Origin: Spirochaetia bacterium
GTDB taxonomy: Bacteria; Spirochaetota; Spirochaetia; SZUA-6; Bin103
Direction of reading: 5' to 3'
DNA: 64,000 bases
Assembly: GCA_965203905.1 (NCBI GenBank)
Contig: CBDBDQ010000005.1
Coordinates: forward strand, 1,600,001-1,664,000
The notes beneath the pieces were generated by a model that ran no database searches, had not been told where the DNA came from, and was given only the letters and a program-made list of their open reading frames with translations. This document shows positions 28,805-37,940 of the stretch, piece after piece (the stretch's first letter is position 1; the number at the start of each line of letters is the position of its first letter). The position numbers were made by a program, and so were the translations under genes.

Positions 28805-29694
28805 GTGATTCTCGAGGTTCGACACATCGTAAAACGCTTTGCCGCTCATCTTGCGGTGGACGATGTCTCCTTTCTGGCTCAACCCGGTGAGATCTTCGGG
28901 TTGCTCGGACCGAACGGCGCCGGCAAGACCACCATCATCCGCATGATCATGAACCTCCTGACCCCGGACTCGGGCGAGGTGCTGTTCGACGGCAGGCCGG
29001 TGGAGGAGCGGGACAAGAACCGCATCGGCTACCTCCCCGAAGAGCGCGGCCTGTACCGGCGTCAGACGGTCGCCGAGGTATTGACCTACCTGGCGGCACT
29101 CAAGGGCGTGCCGAGGTCGCAATCGGCGGCGACGATCCGATCGTGGCTGACTCGATTCGACTTGGCTGACTGGCACGACCAAGGGGTCGACCGGCTCTCC
29201 AGGGGAATGGCTCAGAAGGTGCAGTTCATCGCGGCGGTGGTCCACGACCCGAGATCATTTTCTTCGACGAGCCGTTCGCCGGCATCGATCCGGTCGCCAT
29301 CGACGTCCTGCGTGCCGCGCTGGTGGAGCTGGCCCGGACGGGTAAGACGGTCCTGTTCTCCAGCCACATGATGGAGCAGGCCGAGCGCACCTGCGAACGG
29401 GTGCACATCATCGACCAGGCTAGAACCGTCCTCGACGGTCGCTTGAGCGAGACAAAGGATCACTTCGGTACGCGTACCAGTCATGTAGAGGTAGAAGGGG
29501 ATGCCTCATTCCTGCGCGATGATCCTGCGGTAGCTCAGCTGACCGGGTATCCGAACTACCTGGAGATCGAGCCTGCCGACGGGGTCGCTCCTGATCGGAT
29601 CCTCAAGCGGCTGATCGAACGGCTGCGCGTGCGCCGGTTCGAGGCGGTATCCCCTTCACTGCACCGCATCTTCAGGGAGCACGTGAGACGGTGA
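28805..29694 (+). CDS. ABC transporter ATP-binding subunit (NatA-like), frameshifted near 29250
   Basis: 'GPNGAGKTT' and 'LSRGMAQK' in one frame; 'IIFFDEPFAGIDP' and 'SSH' in another; shift at CCC 29248-29250. Confidence 0.8.
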
Positions 29695-30908
29695 GCAAGC
29701 TGTGGCTGGTTGCCCGCAAGGAGCTGCACACCATGGTCCGGACCACCGGCTACCGGATCGCGACCGTGGCCGGGCCGTTCCTCTTCGTTGCGTTGCTCTT
29801 CGTTCCGGTAGCGTTGGGGCGCCTGATCGACGCGGCTTCCGGGGGTCAGACAGTGGCGCTGGTGGCGGCAGGACCGCTGCTGCCGGCGATCCGCGCTGAA
29901 CTTGCGCCCCACGGAATCTCCGTGGAGGGGGCGGCGGAGGAGTCTGTACTGGCGCAACGCGTGCGCGCCGGCGACCTGGATGGATACGTGGTGTTTCCAC
30001 CGGACGCACTTGCCGCGGAACAGCTCCGGTACGTCATCGGCGAGACCGTCTACATCGCCCGGACTACGCTGATAGCCGACGTGGTCGGCCGCGCAGTGGT
30101 GCAGCGAAGGCTGGAGTTGGAGGGGATGGACCCCGTTCGCGTGACCACCCTGACGCGGCTCCCGCGGCTGCGGAAGTTGGTGCTGGACGAGGAGGGCGAG
30201 TCAGAGCGGGACCTTGTGGCAGCTTTCGTGATGCTGACGGCCTTCATCGCCATGCTCTACTCCATGTGGACCATATACGGCCACGCGCTCGGCGTGTCGG
30301 TGCTGACCGAGAAGACCGGCAAGACCGCCGAGATCATGCTGTCGTCGCTGCCACCCTTCGCTCTGCTCGCCGGCAAGTTGTTGGGCAAGGTGCTCGCGGG
30401 CGTGTTGCAGTGCCTGGCGTGGCTGGTGATCAGCTTGCCGGTGGTCGCAACGCTCGGGCCGCATCTGGATCTGTCGGTGGTGCCGTTCCTGCAACCCGGC
30501 AACCTGCTGGCGCTGATGGGATTCTTCGGGCTGGGGTTCCTGTTGTACGCGGCCCCGTACGCGATCGCGGGAGCAGTCGCCGCCGACGAGGACAATTTCT
30601 CTATTCTCCTGTGGCCCGTGTCCGTCATTCAGATGGGGCAGTTCGTGCTGGCGCCGGCACTGCTCACCGGCCCCGACGGTCCGCTTGCGGTGGTCCTGTC
30701 GCTGATCCCGTTTACCGCCCCGACATTCATGCTCTTGCGGGTGGTTGTGGGCAATCCTGGAGCCGTCGAGGTGGCGGTGGCGGTAACCGGCACGCTGTTG
30801 CTCACGGTGGCCGGAGTCTGGGCCGCGGCCAAGGTGTTTCGACTGGGCATCCTGCTCACCGGCAAGAAGGGGACCTTCGCCGAGATCGTCCGTCTGCTGC
30901 GAGCATAG
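29691..30908 (+). CDS. ABC-2 type transporter permease (NatB-like)
   Basis: 'EKTGKTAEIMLSS', 'LLAGK', 'SLIPFTAP'; multiple TM helices. Confidence 0.88.
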   Translation: MSKLWLVARKELHTMVRTTGYRIATVAGPFLFVALLFVPVALGRLIDAASGGQTVALVAAGPLLPAIRAELAPHGISVEGAAEESVLAQRVRAGDLDGYVVFPPDALAAEQLRYVIGETVYIARTTLIADVVGRAVVQRRLELEGMDPVRVTTLTRLPRLRKLVLDEEGESERDLVAAFVMLTAFIAMLYSMWTIYGHALGVSVLTEKTGKTAEIMLSSLPPFALLAGKLLGKVLAGVLQCLAWLVISLPVVATLGPHLDLSVVPFLQPGNLLALMGFFGLGFLLYAAPYAIAGAVAADEDNFSILLWPVSVIQMGQFVLAPALLTGPDGPLAVVLSLIPFTAPTFMLLRVVVGNPGAVEVAVAVTGTLLLTVAGVWAAAKVFRLGILLTGKKGTFAEIVRLLRA

Positions 30909-30947
30909 CAGTAGGTCCGGGGTGAGGTGATTCGTTCTGCCAGAGAC

Positions 30948-31154
30948 AGGAGGCGGAGGAGGCGGAGGAGGCGGAGGAGGCGGAGGAGGCGGAGGAGGCG
31001 GAGGAGGCGGAGGAGGCGGAGGAGGCGGAGGAGGCGGAGGAGGCGGAGGAGGCGGAGGAGGCGGAGGAGGCGGAGGAGGCGGAGGAGGCGGAGGAGGCGG
31101 AGGAGGCGGAGGAGGCGGAGGAGGCGGAGGAGGCGGAGGAGGCGGAGGAGGCGG
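30948..31154. repeat. Perfect tandem repeat (AGGAGGCGG) x 23
   Basis: 207 bp of uninterrupted 9-mer between the permease gene and the phd remnant. Confidence 0.95.
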
Positions 31155-31231
31155 TACACTGCCTTGACCGCTCCCCGAGCCCTTACGGACACTGGTCAGA
31201 CAAATGGTCATCTACGGCCCGGCGGAGGATG

Positions 31232-31322
31232 TATGGGTCGAGCATGGCAGGTGCAGGAGGCCAAGGCGCGTTTCAGCGAGTTCGTCGGGGACTAGCCTCA
31301 CCGAAGGTCCGCAGGTCGTAGC
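31232..31322 (+). pseudogene. Phd/YefM antitoxin remnant
   Basis: 'MGRAWQVQEAKARFSEFVG' then frameshift to 'TSLTEGPQVV'; truncated. Confidence 0.7.
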
Positions 31323-31327
31323 CCGAG

Positions 31328-31470
31328 ATGTATCTCCTGGACACGAACGTCGTATCAGAGTTGCGCCGACCACGTCCGAACCAGGCGGTCGTTCGTTGGG
31401 TCGGTGAGCAGCCCGCCGACCGACTGTTCCTGTCAGCGGGGCTGACCGTCGTTACCCGCAACGCGCACGC
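31328..31470 (+). pseudogene. PIN/VapC toxin with a large internal deletion
   Basis: 'MYLLDTNVVSELRRPRP..LFLSA' joined directly to the C-terminal motif 'GLTVVTRN'. Confidence 0.75.
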
Positions 31471-31536
31471 GACTTCCGGCAAGCGTAAGGGTGTTTTCCC
31501 TGGACAGATGCACCGTGTTGACTCAGAATCTCCACG

Positions 31537-32226
31537 ATGGATGACATCCACGGCGGCATGCGCCCCGCTGAGGTCCCGGCATACACGACAACCGAGGCAG
31601 CGCGGATCATCAGACGACCGGCATCAACGGTACGGTCCTGGACGCGTGGGGCTCGCTACACGACTGGCGCTGGCAAGCAGTTCTGGCCACCGGTCGTGCC
31701 GGCGGAGCCGCCATACCTGTCGTTTCAGAATCTGGTGGAGCTGTACGTGCTCTCGTCGCTTCGCAGACTGCATTCCGTGCCGCTCAAGAACGTCCGGAGC
31801 GCGATCTCCTATCTGCGGGAGACCGAGCGAACTGACCATCCTCTCGCGGACTGTGATCTCCTCACTGACCGCTCGGACCTGTTTGTCGAGAGGACGGGCG
31901 AGTACCTCAATATCAGCCGAGCCGGCCAGCTCGAAATGAAGGCGCAACTGCTTCAGTGCATGAGGCAGGTCGACAGAACGGTAGGTGGACTCCCCTACAG
32001 ACTGCGGCTTCCGGACCCGAAGAACGAGTCAATCGTGGCGGCGGAAGTAGATCCTGAGATCAGGTTCGGACAACCACGCATCCCCGGCACCGGCATCCCC
32101 ACGGCGATCATCTACGAACGCAAGTGCGCTGGTGAAACGGCAGAGCAACTCGCCGCGGTATACGAACGGTCTGTGACCGAAATGAAACGGGCGATCAGTT
32201 ACGAGGAATCGAGCCGCGCTGCGTGA
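31537..32226 (+). CDS. HTH plus DUF433 antitoxin (VapB45-like)
   Basis: 'PAYTTTEAARI', 'LSFQNLVEL', 'VDPEIRFGQPRIPGTGIPT', 'AISYE'. Confidence 0.85.
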   Translation: MDDIHGGMRPAEVPAYTTTEAARIIRRPASTVRSWTRGARYTTGAGKQFWPPVVPAEPPYLSFQNLVELYVLSSLRRLHSVPLKNVRSAISYLRETERTDHPLADCDLLTDRSDLFVERTGEYLNISRAGQLEMKAQLLQCMRQVDRTVGGLPYRLRLPDPKNESIVAAEVDPEIRFGQPRIPGTGIPTAIIYERKCAGETAEQLAAVYERSVTEMKRAISYEESSRAA

Positions 32227-32390
32227 CGCCTCCCACCCTCTATGTGGACGAGACGTATGGTCCTGGGCTCGTCCGTTTGCTGCAGGAGATGGACCTGCAG
32301 GCGGTGACCTATCGCATGCCACCGCCATTCGTCATCTCACTCACTCGCCAGAAATTGGAGTTTAGCTGGCTTGGACCAGAGGTGAGGTAG
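32223..32390 (+). pseudogene. Internally deleted VapC45-like PIN toxin
   Basis: GTGA overlap with the DUF433 gene; 'TLYVDETYGPGLVRLL' N-terminus but only 55 aa long. Confidence 0.55.
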
Positions 32391-32581
32391 ACGAAGGCCG
32401 TCGGCGCGTGCTTGGTTCGAGCCATCCACCCTGATCGGGGTCAAATTCCGCAGCCGCACCCGCAACATCGAGCGTTTCGAGCCGAACTATCCTGAAATCG
32501 GCGGCCATGGCGCTGATTTTCCAGTTAAATCATCGGCTTCGCCGTTGATTCTTGGTCTCCAGGGCCGCTACCCTGGGTTGC

Positions 32582-33742
32582 GTGTACCGGAGAACCCTGG
32601 ACGTCAGGAAGCTTGCCCAACGCAAGTCGCTGTTTCTGTTCGGGCCCAGGAGTACCGGCAAGACCACCCTGCTGCGCGCTCAATTCGACACCCGGGCGAT
32701 CGTCAACCTCCTGCGCAGCAGCGTGTACCTGCCGCTGGCCGACAGTCCGTCGCGACTGCGCGAGGTCGTGGCGGACGGCCGCGTCGATGCTGCGGGCAAG
32801 CGGCCGGTGGTCGTCATCGACGAGATCCAGAAGCTGCCGCAGCTCCTCGACGAGGTACACGACCTGATCGAGACGGTGCGCGTGCAGTTCGTGTTGAGCG
32901 GCTCCAGCGGCCGCAAGCTCAAGCGCGGCGGGGTAAACCTGCTGGGCGGCCGCGCCTGGCAGGCGAACCTGTTTCCCCTGACTTCCGCGGAGATCCCCGA
33001 CCTGGATCTGGGCCGCTATCTCCTGCACGGCGGGCTGCCGCAGGTATACGACTCCGAGTACCCGGACGAGGAGCTCGATGCATACGTCAACACCTATCTG
33101 CGGGAAGAGATCCGCGGCGAGGCCCTGGTACAGAACTTCGCATACTTCGCACGCTTCCTGAACGTTGCAGCGGTGTGCAACGGCCAGCAACTCAACTTCG
33201 CCAACGTGTCGCGGGACACCGGTGTGCCCGTCACGTCGGTGCGCTCCTACTTCGACATCCTTGCTGACACGTTCGTCGGGTTTCTGTTGCAGCCCTGGCG
33301 CGGTTCGCGGCGCCGCAAGGCCGTGGCGACGGCCAAGTTCTATTTCTTCGACGTGGGCGTCGCCAACTTCCTGCGCGGCAGCACCACGCTGAACCGGAAC
33401 AGCAGCGAGTACGGCATTGCGTTCGAGCACTTCATCGCCATGGAGCTGCGCAGCTATCTTTCCTATCGGCGCCGGCTCCGCAGCGAGCTTACCTACTGGC
33501 GCACGCAGAGCGGGGTAGAGGTCGACTTTCTGATCGGCTCGACCGCGGCCATCGAGGTCAAGGCCTCCAGCCGGGTCAGCGACCGCGACCTGAAGGGGCT
33601 GCGCGCCCTGGCCGCAGAGGGCACCGGCGCGGCGGCGTTCCTGGTCTCCTTCGATGAGCTCGACCGGCGCACGGACGACGGCATCCGCCTGCTGCACTGG
33701 CGCACGTTCCTTGACGAACTCTGGGCCGATGCACTGTTCTGA
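32582..33742 (+). CDS. AAA_14 ATPase with DUF4143 domain
   Basis: 'GPRSTGKTT', 'IDEIQK', 'KFYFFDVG', 'YWRTQSGVEVDF..IEVK'. Confidence 0.9.
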   Translation: MYRRTLDVRKLAQRKSLFLFGPRSTGKTTLLRAQFDTRAIVNLLRSSVYLPLADSPSRLREVVADGRVDAAGKRPVVVIDEIQKLPQLLDEVHDLIETVRVQFVLSGSSGRKLKRGGVNLLGGRAWQANLFPLTSAEIPDLDLGRYLLHGGLPQVYDSEYPDEELDAYVNTYLREEIRGEALVQNFAYFARFLNVAAVCNGQQLNFANVSRDTGVPVTSVRSYFDILADTFVGFLLQPWRGSRRRKAVATAKFYFFDVGVANFLRGSTTLNRNSSEYGIAFEHFIAMELRSYLSYRRRLRSELTYWRTQSGVEVDFLIGSTAAIEVKASSRVSDRDLKGLRALAAEGTGAAAFLVSFDELDRRTDDGIRLLHWRTFLDELWADALF

Positions 33743-33766
33743 CTGTGAAGTGATCGGGAGGATTAC

Positions 33767-36214
33767 ATGACTCCGGACAGCAGCGTAGAGACCATCGAGA
33801 TCGGGAGCGCGGGGTTCTCGTTCGAGCGCGGGAGCGGGGCGCTGGTGAGCGTGCGCAATCTCGTCACCGGCAACGAGTATCTCCAGGGCGCGGCGGAGCG
33901 TGGCAATCTGTTTGCCGTGTACTACGACTTCAACGCCGAGTTCGAGGTAAACGGGTCGGAGCGCGCGTCGCCGCACGCGGCCTCGCTGCCGGCCGCGATC
34001 ACCGACAGCGTCTTTTCGCCGTTCCAGGCGCGCGCGGCGCGGTCTGCCCGCGGCGGCACCGGCGACGCTCCAAGCCTCACGGTCGAGTACGACTGCGGCG
34101 CCGCCGCGGCGCCGTTGCACGCCAGGCTCGGCGTCAGCCCGGGACCTGTTGCGGACAGCAGCATCTGGAGCCTGGCGCTGACCAACACCGGTGCCGGCGC
34201 GGTGACCTGCATGTGCAGCTTTCCGCTGCTCTCCGGCCTGCGGCTGGGCAGCGGCGACGGCAACCTGATGGTGGTGAACGACCAGGCCGGCTACATCCTG
34301 CCGCTGTGGGCCCATTCCGGCGGCACCTACGGCAACGCCCGCTACATGAGCATGCAGTGGGGCTGCGTGTTCGACGAGCGCAGCGGGGACGCGTTCGGCT
34401 TCATCGTGCGGGATCCCGAGATCAGGAACAAGCAGATCCGCTACCTGGAGCCTTGCATCGAGGTGAGCTACTTTCCTCCGTTCAGTATCGCACCGGGGAC
34501 GACCGTCACCTTTCCCGAGGTCGAGATACTGGTGTACGCGGGAGACTGGAAGCGGACGGCGCAGCGCTATCGGCACTGGTTTTTGCGCCACGTCGGGACG
34601 GTGCCGCACGCCGACTGGGCGCGGCGCATCGACGGCCATGGCGCGGGCTGGTTCGAGAAGCGCGGGCAGTCCAACCCCGAGGGCTATCCGCACGTGATGC
34701 TCCCGCTCGACCGGTTCGAGGACCTCCCGGAGCTGTACCACGCGCTGCCGGTGGACTGCCAGGAGTACGCCTTCCACTGCAGCCGGTCGCAGCCCACGGA
34801 GATCACCGGCAAGCGGATGCTGTGGACCGACGCGGACAACGTGATCCGGGGAGACCTCGGCGGCGCCCCGGCGCTGCGCGAAGGCATCCGCGGGGTCCAC
34901 GAGCTGGGGTACCACTTCACCTTCTACGTCGAGGGCTACCTGTGCCCGGGCGACGCCGACATCGTGCGCCTGCAGGGGGCACGCGAGTGGGCGGTGATGA
35001 ACCGCGACGGCTCCAACTTCGGCGCCTATACGAGGGAGGGCGAGGAGCTCGGCTGCGGGCTGCTGCACATGTGCCCCGGCTGTGCCGAGTGGCAGGAGTA
35101 CCTGGCGCGGACCGCGGCGCGCCTGGTGCGGGAGACCGGCGCCGACGGCGTGCGGCTCGACTCGCTGGGGTTCTACGCCTTCCCCTGCTACCACCCGGGG
35201 CACCGGCACCAGAGTCCGTTCGACTACAACCGCTGGCTGCAGCAGATGCTGGAGAAGGTGGCGGCAGCGGTGCGCCGGGAGAACCCGGACTGCCTGCTCA
35301 CCACGGAGGGCGGGGCGGACTTCTTCGGCCGCCACTTCGACGGCGCTCTGACCCAGCAGTTCATTCCGGAGCGGGTCGCGGTGAGCCGCGACGTGTCGCC
35401 GATGCGCATCGCGGTCCCCGAGTACCTGGTGCTGTGGCACGTCACCAGCGGGCCCGTGGCGGCCTCCCTGTCCGGATACCCGGGCGGCTCGGCGAGCACC
35501 ATCAGCAGCACGCCGCGGGCCATGGAGCTGGACCGGAAGTGGCGCTGCGCGCGCTGGCCGGTGGCGGACGTGATCCGCTGGGGCGACGCGGTGCACGACA
35601 ACCCGGTCGCGGACCGTGCCGACGTGACCTGCCGCCGGTTCAGCTCCGACACGCTGGACGTGATCGTCGGCGCCCGGCCGCGCTTCCGCGACGACTGGGA
35701 GCAGGGTGCCGATCCGGCCGACCCGGTCCGGCGCGGCGTCGCCATGAACGCCGACATCGACGTCGCGCCCGATCGGGTCTCCTTTCGCGTCACGGTCGCG
35801 ACGCCCGGCCGCAGGCCCCGGAGCGCGGTCCTGTTCGACGTCGAGCGCCAGCGTACGACCGAGGTCGAGGTGGCCGCGGATGGCCGCACGGCGACGTTCG
35901 AGGTCGACTGCAACTGGTTCCTGGCCGTGCTCGGGTACGAGGGGAGTGCTCCGCTTGCGGTGATCGACCTGCCCGAGCGCCGGCCGCGCGGCGCCGTCGC
36001 GGACGCCACCGTCTCGCTGCTCGGCGGCGCGGCACCGCGGAGCTGCACCGGCATGCTCTCGGCGCCGTCGCTGGGATTGAGCGAGCCGCGCCCGATCACC
36101 GTCCCCGGCACCTTCGAGCTGCCGGTACCTGAGGCGGCCGCGGCCGGCTTCCACCGGATACAACTGACCTCCGAGGAGTTCCTCGGCTGTGAACGGTTCC
36201 TCGAGGTAGGCTGA
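33767..36214 (+). CDS. Large putative glycoside hydrolase (beta-supersandwich plus TIM barrel; DUF6259/GH36-like)
   Basis: 'GDWKRTAQRYRHW', 'MCPGCAEWQEYL', 'GADGVRLDSLG', 'NPDCLLTTEG'; GGAGG RBS. Confidence 0.6.
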   Translation: MTPDSSVETIEIGSAGFSFERGSGALVSVRNLVTGNEYLQGAAERGNLFAVYYDFNAEFEVNGSERASPHAASLPAAITDSVFSPFQARAARSARGGTGDAPSLTVEYDCGAAAAPLHARLGVSPGPVADSSIWSLALTNTGAGAVTCMCSFPLLSGLRLGSGDGNLMVVNDQAGYILPLWAHSGGTYGNARYMSMQWGCVFDERSGDAFGFIVRDPEIRNKQIRYLEPCIEVSYFPPFSIAPGTTVTFPEVEILVYAGDWKRTAQRYRHWFLRHVGTVPHADWARRIDGHGAGWFEKRGQSNPEGYPHVMLPLDRFEDLPELYHALPVDCQEYAFHCSRSQPTEITGKRMLWTDADNVIRGDLGGAPALREGIRGVHELGYHFTFYVEGYLCPGDADIVRLQGAREWAVMNRDGSNFGAYTREGEELGCGLLHMCPGCAEWQEYLARTAARLVRETGADGVRLDSLGFYAFPCYHPGHRHQSPFDYNRWLQQMLEKVAAAVRRENPDCLLTTEGGADFFGRHFDGALTQQFIPERVAVSRDVSPMRIAVPEYLVLWHVTSGPVAASLSGYPGGSASTISSTPRAMELDRKWRCARWPVADVIRWGDAVHDNPVADRADVTCRRFSSDTLDVIVGARPRFRDDWEQGADPADPVRRGVAMNADIDVAPDRVSFRVTVATPGRRPRSAVLFDVERQRTTEVEVAADGRTATFEVDCNWFLAVLGYEGSAPLAVIDLPERRPRGAVADATVSLLGGAAPRSCTGMLSAPSLGLSEPRPITVPGTFELPVPEAAAAGFHRIQLTSEEFLGCERFLEVG

Positions 36215-36235
36215 GGCTGCCGCCGGGCGTCCGGC

Positions 36236-37138
36236 TCAGTCGTTCCCGCGGGCGGGGAAGCGCAGGAAGCGGCTGGCGGTGCCGCCCATGATGGCGGCGT
36301 GGTCGCTCTCCGGCAGCTCCGGCAGCAGCTCGCGCACCACCCCGGCGAGTTTTTGGTAGCCGGGGTCCGCGAGGTTCCAGGGGAAGTCGGTGCCCCACAT
36401 CAGGCGCCCGGGGCCGTAGGCGTCGCACAGGTTGCGATGCCAGCGCGTGAGGTCGCGGTAGGGATACCCCTCGCTGCTGAACGCGGGCTGGCCCGACAGC
36501 TTCACCACCACGTTCTCGTAGCGGTTGAGGCGGTACGTGGTGTGCAGGGCGGGGTTGTACGCCGGGGTGGCGATGCGCGGCCGCCCCTGCTCGTCGCGAT
36601 AGGACTTGCCGGCGCCGGGGCAGATGCCCAGGTGGTTCAGGACCACGCGCACCTGCGGAAATGCCTGCAGCAGGTAGGGCACCAGGTGGGCATCGATGGC
36701 GCGGGGGTAGAGCCAGATGACGTAGTCCCGGTCGGCTGCGTGCTTCCAGATGCGGTAGGTGGCGAACTCCTCCACCTGCATCGGCGCGAACGGGTCGCGC
36801 GGGCCGCCGATCGAGAACAGGCGGAACCCGATGATGCCGGGCTCCTCCGCCAGCCGGTCCATGTGCGCCTCCGGTTCGCGGACGTTGTCCGGGATCAGCC
36901 CGATCCCCAGGAAGCGGTCGCGGTGCCGCCGCAGACAGTGCAGCAGGTAGGCGTGCTGCTCCAGCTCGGTACCGCCGATCTGCACCAGGACCGCCTGCCC
37001 GATCCGATGCGCCTGCATGACGTCCAGCAGTCTTTCCACCGGCTCTTCGCGCTCGGCGGGGCACTCCGCGGTGACCTCCCGCGGGAACCTTGCCGACGCC
37101 TTGGCGAAGACGTGGACGTGGGCGTCGATGCGCGCCAT
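36236..37138 (-). CDS. Amidohydrolase_2 family protein (lactonase-like)
   Basis: 'IDAHVHVF', 'VVLNHLG', 'VKLSG', 'RLMWGTDFP'. Confidence 0.88.
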   Translation of the reverse strand: MARIDAHVHVFAKASARFPREVTAECPAEREEPVERLLDVMQAHRIGQAVLVQIGGTELEQHAYLLHCLRRHRDRFLGIGLIPDNVREPEAHMDRLAEEPGIIGFRLFSIGGPRDPFAPMQVEEFATYRIWKHAADRDYVIWLYPRAIDAHLVPYLLQAFPQVRVVLNHLGICPGAGKSYRDEQGRPRIATPAYNPALHTTYRLNRYENVVVKLSGQPAFSSEGYPYRDLTRWHRNLCDAYGPGRLMWGTDFPWNLADPGYQKLAGVVRELLPELPESDHAAIMGGTASRFLRFPARGND

Positions 37139-37855
37139 TTACTGCTCCAGGCTGAACAGCCGGCGTCTTTCGGCAGTGGCGCAGAGATGCGCTATGGAGG
37201 AGAAGGCGTCGGGGTCGACGCGCCCCTCGGTCCGCTTTTCGTAAATCAGTATGATCGACTTGCGCGGAATCCCTGAAGAATTGTCCATGGCGGCGTGCCA
37301 GCCGTAGGAGTTGAACATCACGGCGGTACCGGCCGCGCCGGTGAAGGTACGGTGGCCGGGCATGCTTTTCTGGTGCACGGGCTTGGTAAAAGGCCCCGCC
37401 GCGGGCTTGTGGCTCCCCGGCACGAAGGCGAATTCCCCGCCGCCGGGTGGGACGTCGTTCACGTAGATCTGGACCTTGATGTGCAGCGGGTTGCTGTGGG
37501 GGACGTCGGGATGCCAGCTGGTGTAGCTGAGCGGCCACGGGGGTACGGTGCGCACCTGCTCGGCCAGCAGTATCGGCTCGGCGTCGGTGAAATCTCTGAG
37601 GCAACCGTAGTAGCTGGGGTGATCGACGATGTCGACGAAGATCTCGTCCTTCTCCAGCGCGTCCGGAATGTCGTAGAAGGTCGCCGCCTGCTCGCCGCGT
37701 TCGATGCGGTCGAGCCAGTCCGCCTTGCAGCGTTCCGCCCAATGGTCGAACGCCTGCTGCAGCCGTCCTAGTTCATCGCCCGCAATCGCATTGGAAAACA
37801 CCAGGTAGCCCGCTTCATTCCACTGCCGGGTCTGGGCCTCGGTGGGACCTCGCAT
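37139..37855 (-). CDS. PhyH family dioxygenase
   Basis: 'WHPD', 'FVPGSH', 'GWHAAMDN..RK'. Confidence 0.85.
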   Translation of the reverse strand: MRGPTEAQTRQWNEAGYLVFSNAIAGDELGRLQQAFDHWAERCKADWLDRIERGEQAATFYDIPDALEKDEIFVDIVDHPSYYGCLRDFTDAEPILLAEQVRTVPPWPLSYTSWHPDVPHSNPLHIKVQIYVNDVPPGGGEFAFVPGSHKPAAGPFTKPVHQKSMPGHRTFTGAAGTAVMFNSYGWHAAMDNSSGIPRKSIILIYEKRTEGRVDPDAFSSIAHLCATAERRRLFSLEQ

Positions 37856-37940
37856 GCGGCAACTCCTTGCCCTCCGGGGGCACGATCGCGTTGACAACGG
37901 CCGGCCGAATCGGATAGGTGTCAGCCCTCGGGAGGCTACC

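Noticed and set aside
30948-31154. Possible CRISPR array
   Set aside because: No spacers, only a 9-bp unit, and no cas genes in the window
30201-31295. Poly-Pro, poly-Arg and (RLL)n ORFs
   Set aside because: They are translations of the 9-bp tandem repeat; there is no independent evidence of coding
18078-33742. Integron cassette array as the explanation for the TA cluster
   Set aside because: No intI gene and no repeated attC-like elements found; genes lie in both orientations
32525-36163. 1212-aa ORF on the minus strand
   Set aside because: It is antisense to two well-supported plus-strand genes, has no motifs, and is a typical high-GC shadow ORF
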